64,000 bases of DNA from an uncultured bacterium (GTDB lineage: Bacteria; Hydrothermota; Tepidihabitantia; SM23-42), in assembly GCA_964419565.1 (NCBI GenBank), contig CAYQPW010000005.1, positions 22,297-86,296 of the forward strand, given 5' to 3'. The notes beneath the pieces were generated by a model. The model saw only the letters and a program-made list of their open reading frames with translations, had not been told where the DNA came from and did no database searches. The translations under genes and the position numbers were made by a program. Of this stretch, positions 9,199 through 19,944 are shown piece by piece. Every line of letters begins with the position of its first letter. Position 1 is the stretch's first letter.

Positions 9199-10746
9199 TT
9201 ACTCGGCTCGATCAAGAAGTTTATCAACGGTCATATCATACAGATATGCTGCACTGCCCGGTGCCTGAAATGCATCGAGTTGTTCTCCCATAATATCGAG
9301 ATAGGACTTAAAGAGTCTTTTTTCATCGATACCTTGCGATGTTGCGATATGTGAAAAGACAAACCAGGCTCTTTTGTTGCCTTTTAACCGTGCAAGATCA
9401 TAGTAATATTTAGCCCACTGTGACCGGGATTCAATACCGCAGACATATTGTGTTTGAAAACCGTATCTACTATGATAGTAAAGAAACGCATTGAGCGAGG
9501 CATAATAAACATATATCATATCTTCTTTTTGCCAGTTCGCCTCAACATAATCCAGCGTGCTGCGGAGTTCTTCTGGAGCACGCGGTCGGATGAGGTGATA
9601 ACCGGCGAGCAATACCGGTTGGACAAGCAGGATACAGACAATGGCCAGTCCGAGGAAATTCGATCTGGTCTTCAATTTCAATTGGATATCACTGATACCT
9701 TGAGCAATAATGAGGACCATAAAGGGTGTCAGAAAGAGCAGGAGCCTGCCCTCAAAAGGGTAACGATGTAAACCTGATGCAAAAAGAGCCAGGCATATCG
9801 GTGAAATAATGAGCAGGAGGTGTATTTTTTTATTCTTAAACATGAGGAAACAGCCCCAGAAAAACGCCAGGACCGCTAAGAATAATTCATATACAGAAAG
9901 CCCAACCGGGAATTTAAAAGTCCGTAAAAAGACATAGCCAAACCATTTAAGATCAGTCAATGAAGTCGGTGGTAAGGGCATGAAACTCTTTTGCCAAAAG
10001 GTCATCAGGTTCTTACTCTGACTGAGGTCGCTCAATGTAACTAGATAATTGATAACAAAGCTGCCCAAACCAAATATCGTGGCAAAGGCCAGCCCGGGTA
10101 TCTTAGTATATGAACGCTTGTGCAGTATATAAAGAAACATGGTAACGAGACTTCCACCGAATACAAAGAGAGCGGGGTGTGAGAACCAAAGACAAAGTCC
10201 GCCGATAAAACCGAAGAGCAATAAGTATTTTATATTAAATCCCTTGTTAAATACGAGCATGGTCAGCCAGATAATCAAAAGTGCGATAAGAACATCACTG
10301 GAATATTGCTTCACTTCTGATGCAAAATATATCAGGTGGTCGCCAACAGCAAAAAGAACCAGGCCTATTATAAGCGATTGTCTGCTTATGATCTTTTTGC
10401 CGACCTCATAAAAAAAGAATAGTGCAGCGACCCCTGCGATCAACGGAAAAAGGCGCAGTCCATATTCATTTGCTCCAAAAAGGCTACTGATAGATTTCTG
10501 TATTAGTAAAAAGCCGACCGGAGCAGCCTGAACATAATCCAGGGGTTTGAGCAATTGTGCATACGAACGCTGGACAATATTCAAGGCGAGCGCAGCTTCA
10601 CCTTCAGTCAGCGAGCGATTAAAAATATACTGAGCAAGCCTTAAGATAATACCGACTAAGATAATGAAAAATGAGATTACTTTTTGAGTAAAGATAGGAA
10701 ATTCTCTTCTGTTTGCTTCAGCCATTTTCCTCATTATAACAAACAA
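9199..10746 (-). CDS. Polytopic membrane glycosyltransferase, GT39/GT83 (ArnT/PMT-like) family
   Basis: It has more than 10 predicted TM helices. The N-terminal region 'ILRLAQYIFNRSL..DEAALALN' and overall layout are typical of ArnT/PMT-like dolichyl/undecaprenyl-phosphate sugar transferases. Confidence 0.5.
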   Translation of the reverse strand: MFVIMRKMAEANRREFPIFTQKVISFFIILVGIILRLAQYIFNRSLTEGEAALALNIVQRSYAQLLKPLDYVQAAPVGFLLIQKSISSLFGANEYGLRLFPLIAGVAALFFFYEVGKKIISRQSLIIGLVLFAVGDHLIYFASEVKQYSSDVLIALLIIWLTMLVFNKGFNIKYLLLFGFIGGLCLWFSHPALFVFGGSLVTMFLYILHKRSYTKIPGLAFATIFGLGSFVINYLVTLSDLSQSKNLMTFWQKSFMPLPPTSLTDLKWFGYVFLRTFKFPVGLSVYELFLAVLAFFWGCFLMFKNKKIHLLLIISPICLALFASGLHRYPFEGRLLLFLTPFMVLIIAQGISDIQLKLKTRSNFLGLAIVCILLVQPVLLAGYHLIRPRAPEELRSTLDYVEANWQKEDMIYVYYASLNAFLYYHSRYGFQTQYVCGIESRSQWAKYYYDLARLKGNKRAWFVFSHIATSQGIDEKRLFKSYLDIMGEQLDAFQAPGSAAYLYDMTVDKLLDRAE

Positions 10747-10896
10747 ACCTGCTAAGTCAACCCTGGTTCGAATGACAATGAGCTTGACAGCGCCACTAAA
10801 ACAGGTAGAATATCTTTATGATTCTATTATTTGAACGGCAAGAACCTTCAATCAAGCAAATTATACCAACGAGGCCATGTTTTTCTTATCTGCGTA

Positions 10897-10924
10897 TTGA
10901 CAAATAGTCAATTTCCATTAAAAT
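10897..10924 (+). promoter_or_regulatory. Sigma70-like promoter for the ispA-dxs(-giant OMP) operon: TTGACA-16-TAAAAT
   Basis: 'TTGACAaatagtcaatttccatTAAAAT' ends ~12 nt before the ispA ATG, giving a near-leaderless transcript. Confidence 0.3.
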
Positions 10925-10936
10925 TATGCTGGATTT

Positions 10937-11809
10937 ATGACTGATATGGATGTAGTTAAATACCTGACGGAAAAAAAGGTGCCTGTTGACCGCGCACTTA
11001 AGAAATGCTTCTCTGATATAAACGCCTTTTTTGATATCATGTACTATTCGATCGACGGCGGTAAGAGAATAAGACCTATTCTCGCTATCGCCAGTTATGA
11101 GGCTAATGGTGGCAAAGACCCTGAACAGATTATGCCGGTCGCCTGTGGTCTTGAGCTGATACATACCTACTCATTGATACATGATGATCTACCGGCAATG
11201 GATGATGATGATTTTAGAAGAGGAAAAGCTGCTGCACACAAGAAATTCGGTGAAGCCATGGCGATACTCGCGGGTGATGGCCTGTTCGCTCATGCTTTTG
11301 AGCTTTTTACCCGAGGTAATGGTTTAGTTAAAGAAAAACTCATGGTAATACAAGCAGTAAGCGAGGTAGTCGGTCCTAAGGGCGTTGTTTATGGTCAAAC
11401 CCTTGATATGAGCAAGGAAATATCGCCCGATCCGATATCTTTAAGACGTATTCATATCAATAAAACCGCTAAGTTCATTGCTGTTTCAGTGAAATGCGGT
11501 GCGATCATGGCTCAGGCATCAGCTTCTTTGATAAATGATCTCTATGCAGCTGGCATATACATGGGTATGCTTTTTCAATATACCGACGATATTCTTGATG
11601 TTGTTGGTGAAAAAGAGAAGTTGGGTAAGACCCCTGGTAAAGATATGGCGGCAGGTAAGCTAACCGCACCTGCTGTGTATGGTCTAGATGGCGCCAAGTT
11701 CCGTGCTCGGCGATATGCCCAACTCGCTAAGCATAAGTTTTCGGGACTTGGTGAAAGGTTTGATATCTTTAACATGATCACCGACTTCATCCTGCATCGA
11801 ACATTCTAA
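10937..11809 (+). CDS. ispA: Polyprenyl diphosphate synthase (farnesyl/geranylgeranyl diphosphate synthase)
   Basis: The FARM motif 'LIHDDLPAMDDDDFRRGK' and SARM motif 'QYTDDILD' are both present. Confidence 0.85.
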   Translation: MTDMDVVKYLTEKKVPVDRALKKCFSDINAFFDIMYYSIDGGKRIRPILAIASYEANGGKDPEQIMPVACGLELIHTYSLIHDDLPAMDDDDFRRGKAAAHKKFGEAMAILAGDGLFAHAFELFTRGNGLVKEKLMVIQAVSEVVGPKGVVYGQTLDMSKEISPDPISLRRIHINKTAKFIAVSVKCGAIMAQASASLINDLYAAGIYMGMLFQYTDDILDVVGEKEKLGKTPGKDMAAGKLTAPAVYGLDGAKFRARRYAQLAKHKFSGLGERFDIFNMITDFILHRTF

Positions 11810-11839
11810 GATCATGTCTCCTGAAATACATGGTGTTCT

Positions 11840-13699
11840 ATGGCAATTTTAAAAAGTATCAAAGGTCCTAAAGACCTCAAAGATCTAACCCTCGCGCAAC
11901 TACATGTACTCGCTCGGGAGATCAGAGAAGAAATAATAAATAGCTGTGCTCAAACCGGCGGTCATGTCGCGCCTTCACTTGGCGTAGTAGAATTGACCAT
12001 AGCATTATACCGGGCATTTGATGCGGATGTAGATAAGATCATCTGGGATGTGGGGCATCAGACTTATGCTCAGAAACTTATCACCGGTCGTTATCCGAAA
12101 TTCCACACGCTAAGAACATACAAAGGCATAAGTGGTTTTCCTAAACGGAAAGAATCTAAATATGATGTTTTCGATACCGGGCATTCATCAACTTCCTTGT
12201 CTGCTGCTACCGGCTTTGCACTGGCAAGGGATCTCAAAGGTGATAATTTCCAGATCATAAGTGTCATTGGTGACGGATCCTTGGGAGCTGGTATTGCTTT
12301 TGAAGCACTCAATCATTTGGGTCATTTAAAGAAGGATATTATCGTTATATTGAACGATAATGAACGTTCGATCGGCGATACGGTCGGTGCCTTGTCACAA
12401 TACCTGACAAGGGTTATTACAACGCGGACGTACAATCGTTTTCGCGACGACCTGTGGAAATTTCTTGGAAAATTCCCACCCTATACAAGAGACCGGAGCA
12501 GGAACCTTGCCAAGCTCCTACAAGAGGGATTAAAAGGTCTTTATGCACCCGCCGTGATCTTTGAAGAGCTTGGATTCAGATATATCGGACCGCTCAACGG
12601 GCACAAATTGGGAGAAATGATCGACACTTTTGAGCGCGTAAAAGAAATGAAAGGGCCAAGGATTATTCATGTTGTAACAAAGAAAGGCAAGGGCTTTGAA
12701 GCCGCGGAAAAATATCCTGAAGCATTTCACGGCATCGGTCCTTATTGCCCGCAAACCGGTAAAACGGAAAGCAAAGGACAATCATGGACATCAATATTCG
12801 GTGATACCGTGGTAGACCTTGCGAAGAAAAACAAGAAGATCGTTGCGATAACTGCCGGGATGTGTCTGGGTACTGGTTTAAAGAAATTTCGTGAAGAGAT
12901 CCCCGATCGTTTCTTTGATGTCGGTATTACCGAACAACATGCCATCACTATGGCCGCCGCCCTTGCCATTGAAGGATATATACCGATATGTGCGATCTAC
13001 TCGACATTTCTTCAACGAGCTTATGATCAGGTGATCCATGATGTGTGTCTGCAGGATGTACCTGTTATCTTTGCGGTTGACCGTGCTGGTCTGGTTGGTC
13101 AGGATGGTCCAACCCACCATGGTCCATTCGACCTTTCATATTTCAGATGTATACCTAATATGATCATCGGAGCACCAAAAGATGGCAGTGAATTGGTTGC
13201 GATGCTCAGAACCGCAGTGACTCAACGTGAACATCCGTTTGCAATACGTTATCCCCGAGGTGACTGTACGACGGTTGATGAAAATATCCCTCAGACTCTG
13301 CCCATCGGCAAATGGGAAGTTCTTAAAAAAGGCCGGGACATAGCAGTGATCGCGGTCGGCTCGATGGTCAAAGAAGCGCTTGGTGCCCAGGTGCTTTTAA
13401 AGAAAAAGTCGATCGATCCAATGATGATCAACGGGCGCTTTATCAAACCGCTCGACAATGAAATGCTACGGGAATTGCCAAATAGTGTTCATACGATAGT
13501 AACGGTCGAAGAAAATACGCTCAGTGGAGGTTTTGGCAGTGCGATTATGGAATACTATTCAAATACCAAAGCGCCAATAAAAGTTTACTGTATTGGCCTG
13601 CCGGATAATTTCATTGAGCATGGTGCCAGAGATATTCTTTTGGATCTGACCGGGCTCAATGCCAAGGGTATTGCCGATAAAATAGCTTCTTTTAAATGA
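11840..13699 (+). CDS. dxs: 1-deoxy-D-xylulose-5-phosphate synthase
   Basis: The N-terminus 'ILKSIKGPKDLKDL..GGHVAPSLGVVELTIALY..WDVGHQTYAQK' and the TPP-binding 'GDGSLGAG' are canonical DXS. The length is 619 aa. Confidence 0.92.
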   Translation: MAILKSIKGPKDLKDLTLAQLHVLAREIREEIINSCAQTGGHVAPSLGVVELTIALYRAFDADVDKIIWDVGHQTYAQKLITGRYPKFHTLRTYKGISGFPKRKESKYDVFDTGHSSTSLSAATGFALARDLKGDNFQIISVIGDGSLGAGIAFEALNHLGHLKKDIIVILNDNERSIGDTVGALSQYLTRVITTRTYNRFRDDLWKFLGKFPPYTRDRSRNLAKLLQEGLKGLYAPAVIFEELGFRYIGPLNGHKLGEMIDTFERVKEMKGPRIIHVVTKKGKGFEAAEKYPEAFHGIGPYCPQTGKTESKGQSWTSIFGDTVVDLAKKNKKIVAITAGMCLGTGLKKFREEIPDRFFDVGITEQHAITMAAALAIEGYIPICAIYSTFLQRAYDQVIHDVCLQDVPVIFAVDRAGLVGQDGPTHHGPFDLSYFRCIPNMIIGAPKDGSELVAMLRTAVTQREHPFAIRYPRGDCTTVDENIPQTLPIGKWEVLKKGRDIAVIAVGSMVKEALGAQVLLKKKSIDPMMINGRFIKPLDNEMLRELPNSVHTIVTVEENTLSGGFGSAIMEYYSNTKAPIKVYCIGLPDNFIEHGARDILLDLTGLNAKGIADKIASFK

Positions 13700-16600
13700 A
13701 TTTGATTCTTTCATTCATTTTATTTTCACAATTATCAACACCGTACGAAACACAGATCTTTCTCGATGCTGATGGGTCTTTTCTGGTCTATGCACGTTTT
13801 TACCAGGGTGAATTCATCGCTATCGATAGTATCGTAAGCGTTGATAAATACCTCGGTATCGGCCTTAAGGGGCACAATCGTGAAAGGCTGTTAGGTGAGC
13901 TTAAGAAGAGTCTTGTTCAACAGGGCGGTTATGCGAGTCAAGGTCTTTTTAGCACATTTGAGATACCTTTGCCAAAAGGCAGCTTCAGTGATTTTATGGG
14001 AGAAACCGGTAAGCTCGACGTCGGTGGTCATGTTAAGATCACAATCGGCGGCAGTGAGACCTTTATTTCTAACTTGCCTGAACAAAAGTTCTCCTGGCTC
14101 CCTGAGCTTGAAATGAAGCAAGAGATGTCGATAAAACTCGACGGTGAAGTCGGGGACCGGATGCGTGTTTTTATCGACCACAATTCAGAAAGGGTGAATG
14201 AGTCAGAGAATAAGATCACCGTGACATACCGGGGACATGAAGATGAGATCATTCAGGAGATCGAAGGTGGTGATACCCAGTTATCTATTCCTGCTACTAC
14301 ATATACTGGCGACATCCCTTCACACCGCGGTCTTTTTGGGATCAAATCTTCTGCCAAATTAGGGCCTTTAGACATCGTTGCGATCGCATCAAAAGAACGA
14401 ACCCAGACTCAGGAGATCGAGATCGAGGGATCAGCACAGGTCCAGTATGACACAACCTGGGCAAAGTATTTTGAACGCCGCCGGTTCTTTTTTCTAGGTA
14501 CACTTGATTCTATCGTTGAACTCAGAGTCTATCTTGATGATAATGATAACCAGAACGATAATCAGGGTATTACGTTCTTTGCCAATGCTTACCTCGACAT
14601 AAACGATGATAATATCCCGGACGATACAGTCATTCAAACGAATACCCAAAGCGGCTACTACACGCTAATGAGGGAGGGACTGAGTGATTTCTATTTGCGT
14701 GTCCCGCGTTCGAATATTATCGAATTAAACTATCAGCTGCCTGAGAATCAGGTGCTCGCGGTGTGGTATACAAAGATAAATGGCGCAGGACAGTATGACA
14801 CGGTCGGTATGATAACGGATTCTATACATAGTGATACGATGCAGCTTAAATTGATCTGTCCAGATGTCCTCGATACCCTGTCCTATACATGGAATTACGA
14901 GAAAAAGAATTATTACCAGATCGTATCACCGGGTTCTAAACTCGATTCGCTCCGGATATACTATATAACATCCGGTGGCGAACATCAAGATAACCAGGAT
15001 GGTGTATCTTATCTCCAGCTCCTCGGGCTTGACAATAACGGCGATAATCTGGTCGATGAAAACATTACTTTTTTCCAGGGTCGGGGTTTGCTTATTTTCC
15101 CGGACAGCATGCCCTTTGCCTCGAGTGCACTCGTTAATCCTGATCCTGAAATTTATACGGATCCATATATGACTGGACTCGGCGATTACTATTTATATAA
15201 AAAGACGGTTCAGGCAAAAGCTGTTTACACATTACCCGAGAATGTTGAAAAAGTAACCGTGTATATCGATGATATTGAGCAGGATTCGACGAGGGACTAT
15301 CATGTCGACTATGACGGCGGTGTCCTCGAGTTCAGAAAACCGATATTGCCGACGCAAAGGGTCAGGATCAAGGTTGAGTACTCGCCATTCTTTTCAGCTG
15401 CAGAAAAATCTCTTGTCGGAGTGCGCGGCACTTTGCGGCCTTTTGGTGAAGCCATGCTCGGTTCATCTTTCTTTTACCGCACTGAATCGTATCCCATGGA
15501 GCATGTCCGGCTAAAAGAAGAGCCGTTCAACAGGATGGTATGGGAGGCGGATTTATCCTACCCGCAGGAACTTCCGTTTGTTACCAGGGCGGTTGATTGG
15601 CTACCTTTTATTGAAACGGAAACCCCTTCGCGTTCGATCGTCAATGTTGAGGGCGCTTATTCGTTTTCTGACCTCAATGCCAAAGGTGAGGTCTTTCTCG
15701 ACGATCTTGAGTCATCAACCGTGCTCAGCAATGATTTTTCAGTTGCCAAAGTGTCCTGGTCCCTGTGTTCGAAACCGATCGAACAGGATACGGTAAATTA
15801 TGTCCAGAACCGGTTGATCTGGTATAATCTGCGCGACGATGAGGTTCTTCAGGCAGACGATATATATCAAGATCCAATAGATCCGAATGAAGCGGCTGAC
15901 GTTTTAAAGATGGTTTTTCATCCGGATCACGATGCATCATTTGGCGGTTTAACTCAATATATCTACAGTGAAGATTTTGACGATATCGAGAATCTAGAAT
16001 TGATAATCAAAGGCCGTGGTGGTATTATCCATGTTGATTTTGCGCAGGAAATAAGCGAAGATCAGCTCCGGCGTAATAAAAACGGTGAGCTTGTCGGTTA
16101 CCAGATTTTCGATGATGAAGACAGCGACAATAATAATGTATGGAATCAATTGAATGAAGATACTGGTCTTGATAATGTCTATGCGAGTGATAATGCTTAT
16201 GTCCCGGGTGCTGCTGATGACGGCAATGATGATTATGAGATCAATGATTATACTGGCGGCACCAATGGGACTGAAGGGAACAAGCTATGGGATACTGAAG
16301 ATCTGGATAGGGACGGCAATTTAAACACGAAAAACCGCTATTTCAGCTATTCAGTAGACCTTGATGATACAACTTCAGCGCGCTATGTAAATAATGCCGG
16401 GTTGATAAACGGCTGGAAGATGTTTCGTGTTTCGATCAAGGATTCAACCCAAAGAGATACGGTCACGGGGCAGCCTGACTGGCACGATATAAAATACGTC
16501 AGGATTTGGTTCAATGGTTTTAGCGAAACTGAGACCTTAATGATATATAAATTGAGTGCCACAGGCAGTCGTTGGAAGAATAAGGGCATTACTGGTGATT

Positions 16601-19101
16601 ATGCACCAAGAGATGAGGCCTTCAGCCTTAGACCGGTTAATACCAAGACTCATTCATACTACAGATCACCGTATGCTAATGAATATGATGAATTCGGGCA
16701 GGAAAAAACTGAGGGAGGCTTGGAATTCCTGCTGGAAAATATCGGCCATGACCGTACCTGCATTGCGCAGCGCAGAACTGACGAGAACGAAGACTACCGG
16801 GCATATGACACGCTGACCTTTTATATGAATGCGCACAATAGCAATCCTCTCTTGTCTATTCGAATAGGGAGTGACAGCTTGAACTATTATGAATACACAT
16901 GCCAGTATGATAATGGTGACCTGGGGTTGAATAATTATCGGCTTTTCAAAGTCACTATGCAGAACTTCATTGACCTCAAGCGTGATCGAGACCCGGACAT
17001 TGATACAGTTAGTGATTCGACCTACACCGTTGTAGGAAATCCTTCATTGTCACATAACCAGTTTTTTGAAGTCAGGATCACCAACCAGTATCTTACATTG
17101 CTTAACGATACGATCTGGTTCAATGATATCAAGCTTAAAGCACCGAAAACAGAGATCGGCAGGACATTTCGCGGTAATGGTTCGATCACTTTTGCCGACC
17201 TTGCCTCCTTGAATTTTTCGTACGATGAATCGAACGGACGTTTTAAAAGGCTGTCTGAGTCAAAAGATATATCAACGACAAGTGCGGGCAAAGGATACGC
17301 GGTAGGTGGCAATATATCAATGGATAAATTCTTGCCAACGGATTGGTACTTCAGAATTCCAGTCAGTATGAGTTACCGGAACACTATACTTGAGCCTCGA
17401 TTCTCTTACTTTTCTGATGATGTTGAACTCGAAGGTACTGATCGCGAAGAACAAGAGTCAAAGACTATAATGCGTGCATATACCGTGAGTATTTCCAAAT
17501 CGCAATCAAAGAACTGGTTCTTAAGATATACGCTTGACCGGCTTACCTTTGACCACACGCGAAACCAGACTCTGTCACGCGCGGTACTCAGTGCCGATAC
17601 TTCGGATAATATGACTTACCGGGGTTCCTATGCACTCGTTCCCAATTTGAGTTTCAAATTACTCAAGCAGAAATTCTTTCCGCTGCCGAAGAATATAAGC
17701 ATCAGTGCTTTGTATACAGACAACATGGTCAAGGCTTATCATCGCTCGAATCTTGATGATCCTTATGAACCAACTATCGGTGGTGCTCAGCACCGGAAAA
17801 CCTTGACACCGACAATATCAGTTGCATATGCACCTCATTCTATTATCAATGCGGATTATACATTTACCCAGAACCGCGATTCAGTTTTTGCCAGCAAGAG
17901 ATATGGTGAGGAAGTCGGTCGTACACAGAATTTCAATGCATCTATTTCTCCAAATCTCAAGATCGTTACGCCTCGTTTCTCATTCAATTCATCCTATAGC
18001 GAGGATCATCGTTTTGAAATACGGCAGGATCAGGATTTGCGCAATGTGTCGAATACCGGCGCTTATGGTGTTGATGGCGCGATCATGATCGGCACGATAA
18101 TAAGACTTTTTACTAGATTGAGGGATGAAACCAAAGATTCACTTTATGCTTCAGGTTCACCGGGTTGGATCGCCAGACAAGTCGAGAAATTAACCAACTA
18201 CATACAGAATGTGCAATTCAATTATCGCCGTCAGAGTAGTTCTGATTATCTCAATGTCAAGTCAAGACCGGTCATCGATTACCAGTGGGGGCTGGTGGAT
18301 TCAATCCCGCCTGAGGATGTTGCCCCGGGCAGTTTCCCGGGACGGGGTAATACAGATACTTATGGTCTGTCATCTGGTATGACTTATAAGTTTCTCAGTG
18401 CCAATGGCAGGTATAGTGGTACGATCAATCGAACATTTAATTATGGCGGAGGGCAAACTAGAACAGAGAATGTATCATACCCGGATCTGAATGTCCGCAT
18501 TCAGAAACTTGAATCCCTGCCTTTTCTGAAAAAATGGTGTCGTAATTCATCGATATCCGGGAATTTTGGTCAAACATATGAAAAACGTTATGATATAGCT
18601 GCGGATTCGTTGACTGGCGAATTGGTTTCAGACTCCAAAACCCTGAATTTGTCGCCTTTGGCAAGCTGGCAAGCAAACTGGATCAAAGGGATATCTACAA
18701 CTATTGAAGCAAATTACTCAGAGACAAATAGCAATGAATATGCAGGCGGCGCAACGCCTGTTCAGTCAAAAATGATAATGCGCGGCGGATCAGCAAGTTT
18801 TGGCTATACTTTCAGTGCCCCGGGCGGGATAAATTTACCGCTGCTTAAGGGCATAAGATTTTCTTCCAACCTTTCTATAAGTTTGAGTGTAAATTACAGC
18901 CGTACAACTAACTTTTTCACCGATCTTCTCGTACCCGCGACAAATACAAGCACCTTGAGTTCAAGCGTCGGATTGTCATACAACTTCTCTTCATCAGTGA
19001 CCGGCGGCGGGAATTTCGATTATTCCCAAAATGACGATATGAATAGTGATCAGAATACGCGAAGGGTTGGTTTGAACGCCTGGGTGAATATCAACTTTTA
19101 A
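13696..19101 (+). CDS. Giant (1801 aa) secreted outer-membrane beta-barrel-type protein. It is a candidate T9SS translocon (SprA/Sov-like)
   Basis: It has a signal peptide and a composition rich in D/N/S/T/Y. Alternating hydrophobic beta-strand patterns run throughout, and it ends in Phe ('..LNAWVNINF') like an OMP beta-signal. An acidic DxDxDG-like calcium-binding-type segment sits at ~aa 800-880. Its size, and a context of six T9SS cargo genes, suggest SprA. It is translationally coupled to dxs (ATGA). Confidence 0.4.
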   Translation: MNLILSFILFSQLSTPYETQIFLDADGSFLVYARFYQGEFIAIDSIVSVDKYLGIGLKGHNRERLLGELKKSLVQQGGYASQGLFSTFEIPLPKGSFSDFMGETGKLDVGGHVKITIGGSETFISNLPEQKFSWLPELEMKQEMSIKLDGEVGDRMRVFIDHNSERVNESENKITVTYRGHEDEIIQEIEGGDTQLSIPATTYTGDIPSHRGLFGIKSSAKLGPLDIVAIASKERTQTQEIEIEGSAQVQYDTTWAKYFERRRFFFLGTLDSIVELRVYLDDNDNQNDNQGITFFANAYLDINDDNIPDDTVIQTNTQSGYYTLMREGLSDFYLRVPRSNIIELNYQLPENQVLAVWYTKINGAGQYDTVGMITDSIHSDTMQLKLICPDVLDTLSYTWNYEKKNYYQIVSPGSKLDSLRIYYITSGGEHQDNQDGVSYLQLLGLDNNGDNLVDENITFFQGRGLLIFPDSMPFASSALVNPDPEIYTDPYMTGLGDYYLYKKTVQAKAVYTLPENVEKVTVYIDDIEQDSTRDYHVDYDGGVLEFRKPILPTQRVRIKVEYSPFFSAAEKSLVGVRGTLRPFGEAMLGSSFFYRTESYPMEHVRLKEEPFNRMVWEADLSYPQELPFVTRAVDWLPFIETETPSRSIVNVEGAYSFSDLNAKGEVFLDDLESSTVLSNDFSVAKVSWSLCSKPIEQDTVNYVQNRLIWYNLRDDEVLQADDIYQDPIDPNEAADVLKMVFHPDHDASFGGLTQYIYSEDFDDIENLELIIKGRGGIIHVDFAQEISEDQLRRNKNGELVGYQIFDDEDSDNNNVWNQLNEDTGLDNVYASDNAYVPGAADDGNDDYEINDYTGGTNGTEGNKLWDTEDLDRDGNLNTKNRYFSYSVDLDDTTSARYVNNAGLINGWKMFRVSIKDSTQRDTVTGQPDWHDIKYVRIWFNGFSETETLMIYKLSATGSRWKNKGITGDYAPRDEAFSLRPVNTKTHSYYRSPYANEYDEFGQEKTEGGLEFLLENIGHDRTCIAQRRTDENEDYRAYDTLTFYMNAHNSNPLLSIRIGSDSLNYYEYTCQYDNGDLGLNNYRLFKVTMQNFIDLKRDRDPDIDTVSDSTYTVVGNPSLSHNQFFEVRITNQYLTLLNDTIWFNDIKLKAPKTEIGRTFRGNGSITFADLASLNFSYDESNGRFKRLSESKDISTTSAGKGYAVGGNISMDKFLPTDWYFRIPVSMSYRNTILEPRFSYFSDDVELEGTDREEQESKTIMRAYTVSISKSQSKNWFLRYTLDRLTFDHTRNQTLSRAVLSADTSDNMTYRGSYALVPNLSFKLLKQKFFPLPKNISISALYTDNMVKAYHRSNLDDPYEPTIGGAQHRKTLTPTISVAYAPHSIINADYTFTQNRDSVFASKRYGEEVGRTQNFNASISPNLKIVTPRFSFNSSYSEDHRFEIRQDQDLRNVSNTGAYGVDGAIMIGTIIRLFTRLRDETKDSLYASGSPGWIARQVEKLTNYIQNVQFNYRRQSSSDYLNVKSRPVIDYQWGLVDSIPPEDVAPGSFPGRGNTDTYGLSSGMTYKFLSANGRYSGTINRTFNYGGGQTRTENVSYPDLNVRIQKLESLPFLKKWCRNSSISGNFGQTYEKRYDIAADSLTGELVSDSKTLNLSPLASWQANWIKGISTTIEANYSETNSNEYAGGATPVQSKMIMRGGSASFGYTFSAPGGINLPLLKGIRFSSNLSISLSVNYSRTTNFFTDLLVPATNTSTLSSSVGLSYNFSSSVTGGGNFDYSQNDDMNSDQNTRRVGLNAWVNINF

Positions 19102-19119
19102 TGCAAGGTTTTCACTGTT

Positions 19120-19944
19120 ATGTTGAATAGATCAAAACACAGATTGCTCACCGCCCTCTTGGGTGGACTGCTGTTTTGGTTTGGTGCTCCTAAACCACTA
19201 TCTGCTTTTTCACCGTATGATCACTTTTTGGATTTTTGCCGTATTGGCGAGCGTGTACCTGGAACTTCGGGACATAAAAAGGCTCGGGATTATATCGTTA
19301 CGAAAATAGATAATCCGGTCGTGGATTCATTTTATACGCGCGGCTCCTGGTTTTACAATATATATAAAAAGTTTCCTGGCAACAAAACAAGGATCGGCAT
19401 TGCCGCACACTGGGATTCAGATATCGGATGCCCGGGTGCGAACGATGGCGGATCAGGCGTCGCCGTATTATTGAGTTTGATCGATACGCTGACACTCAAT
19501 CCTCCTGAAATCGGAGTCGATATAATTTTCTTCGATGGTGAAGATGTCGATAGGGCAGCTTTACTCGGGTCAAACTACTTTGCTTCAAAATGCATTGATA
19601 ATTATTCTTTCATACTTATTCTCGATATGATCGGCGATAAAGATCTACAGATTTTCCAAGAAGGTCATTCGGCAACATTTTTTCCTGAATTCGTGGATTC
19701 CATATGGCGTATCGGTATGCAACTGGCTCCTGCGGTTTTCGTGCCGGCAATAAAGTATTATATCATCGACGACCATTATTCACTCATCAAATATGGGATC
19801 AGGGCCATTGATATCATTGACTTCGATTATCCATATTGGGATTCTGAAGATGATACTGAGGATAAATGCAGTAAGGAGAGTCTGGATATCATGTATAGAT
19901 TTGTTTTAAGAATCGTATATCCTGAATTCCTTCCACGTGAATAA
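19120..19944 (+). CDS. Secreted M28-family metallopeptidase-fold protein (aminopeptidase or animal-type glutaminyl cyclase-like)
   Basis: It has a signal peptide. Metal-ligand motifs are spaced as in M28: 'AAHWDSD', 'NDGGSGVA', 'FFDGEDV', 'LDMIGD', 'DDHYS'. Confidence 0.5.
   Translation: MLNRSKHRLLTALLGGLLFWFGAPKPLSAFSPYDHFLDFCRIGERVPGTSGHKKARDYIVTKIDNPVVDSFYTRGSWFYNIYKKFPGNKTRIGIAAHWDSDIGCPGANDGGSGVAVLLSLIDTLTLNPPEIGVDIIFFDGEDVDRAALLGSNYFASKCIDNYSFILILDMIGDKDLQIFQEGHSATFFPEFVDSIWRIGMQLAPAVFVPAIKYYIIDDHYSLIKYGIRAIDIIDFDYPYWDSEDDTEDKCSKESLDIMYRFVLRIVYPEFLPRE

Noticed and set aside
10747-10936. A possible small RNA or tRNA in the 190-nt intergenic region upstream of ispA
   Set aside because: There is no cloverleaf-compatible structure or conserved tRNA boxes. 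A promoter explains it better.
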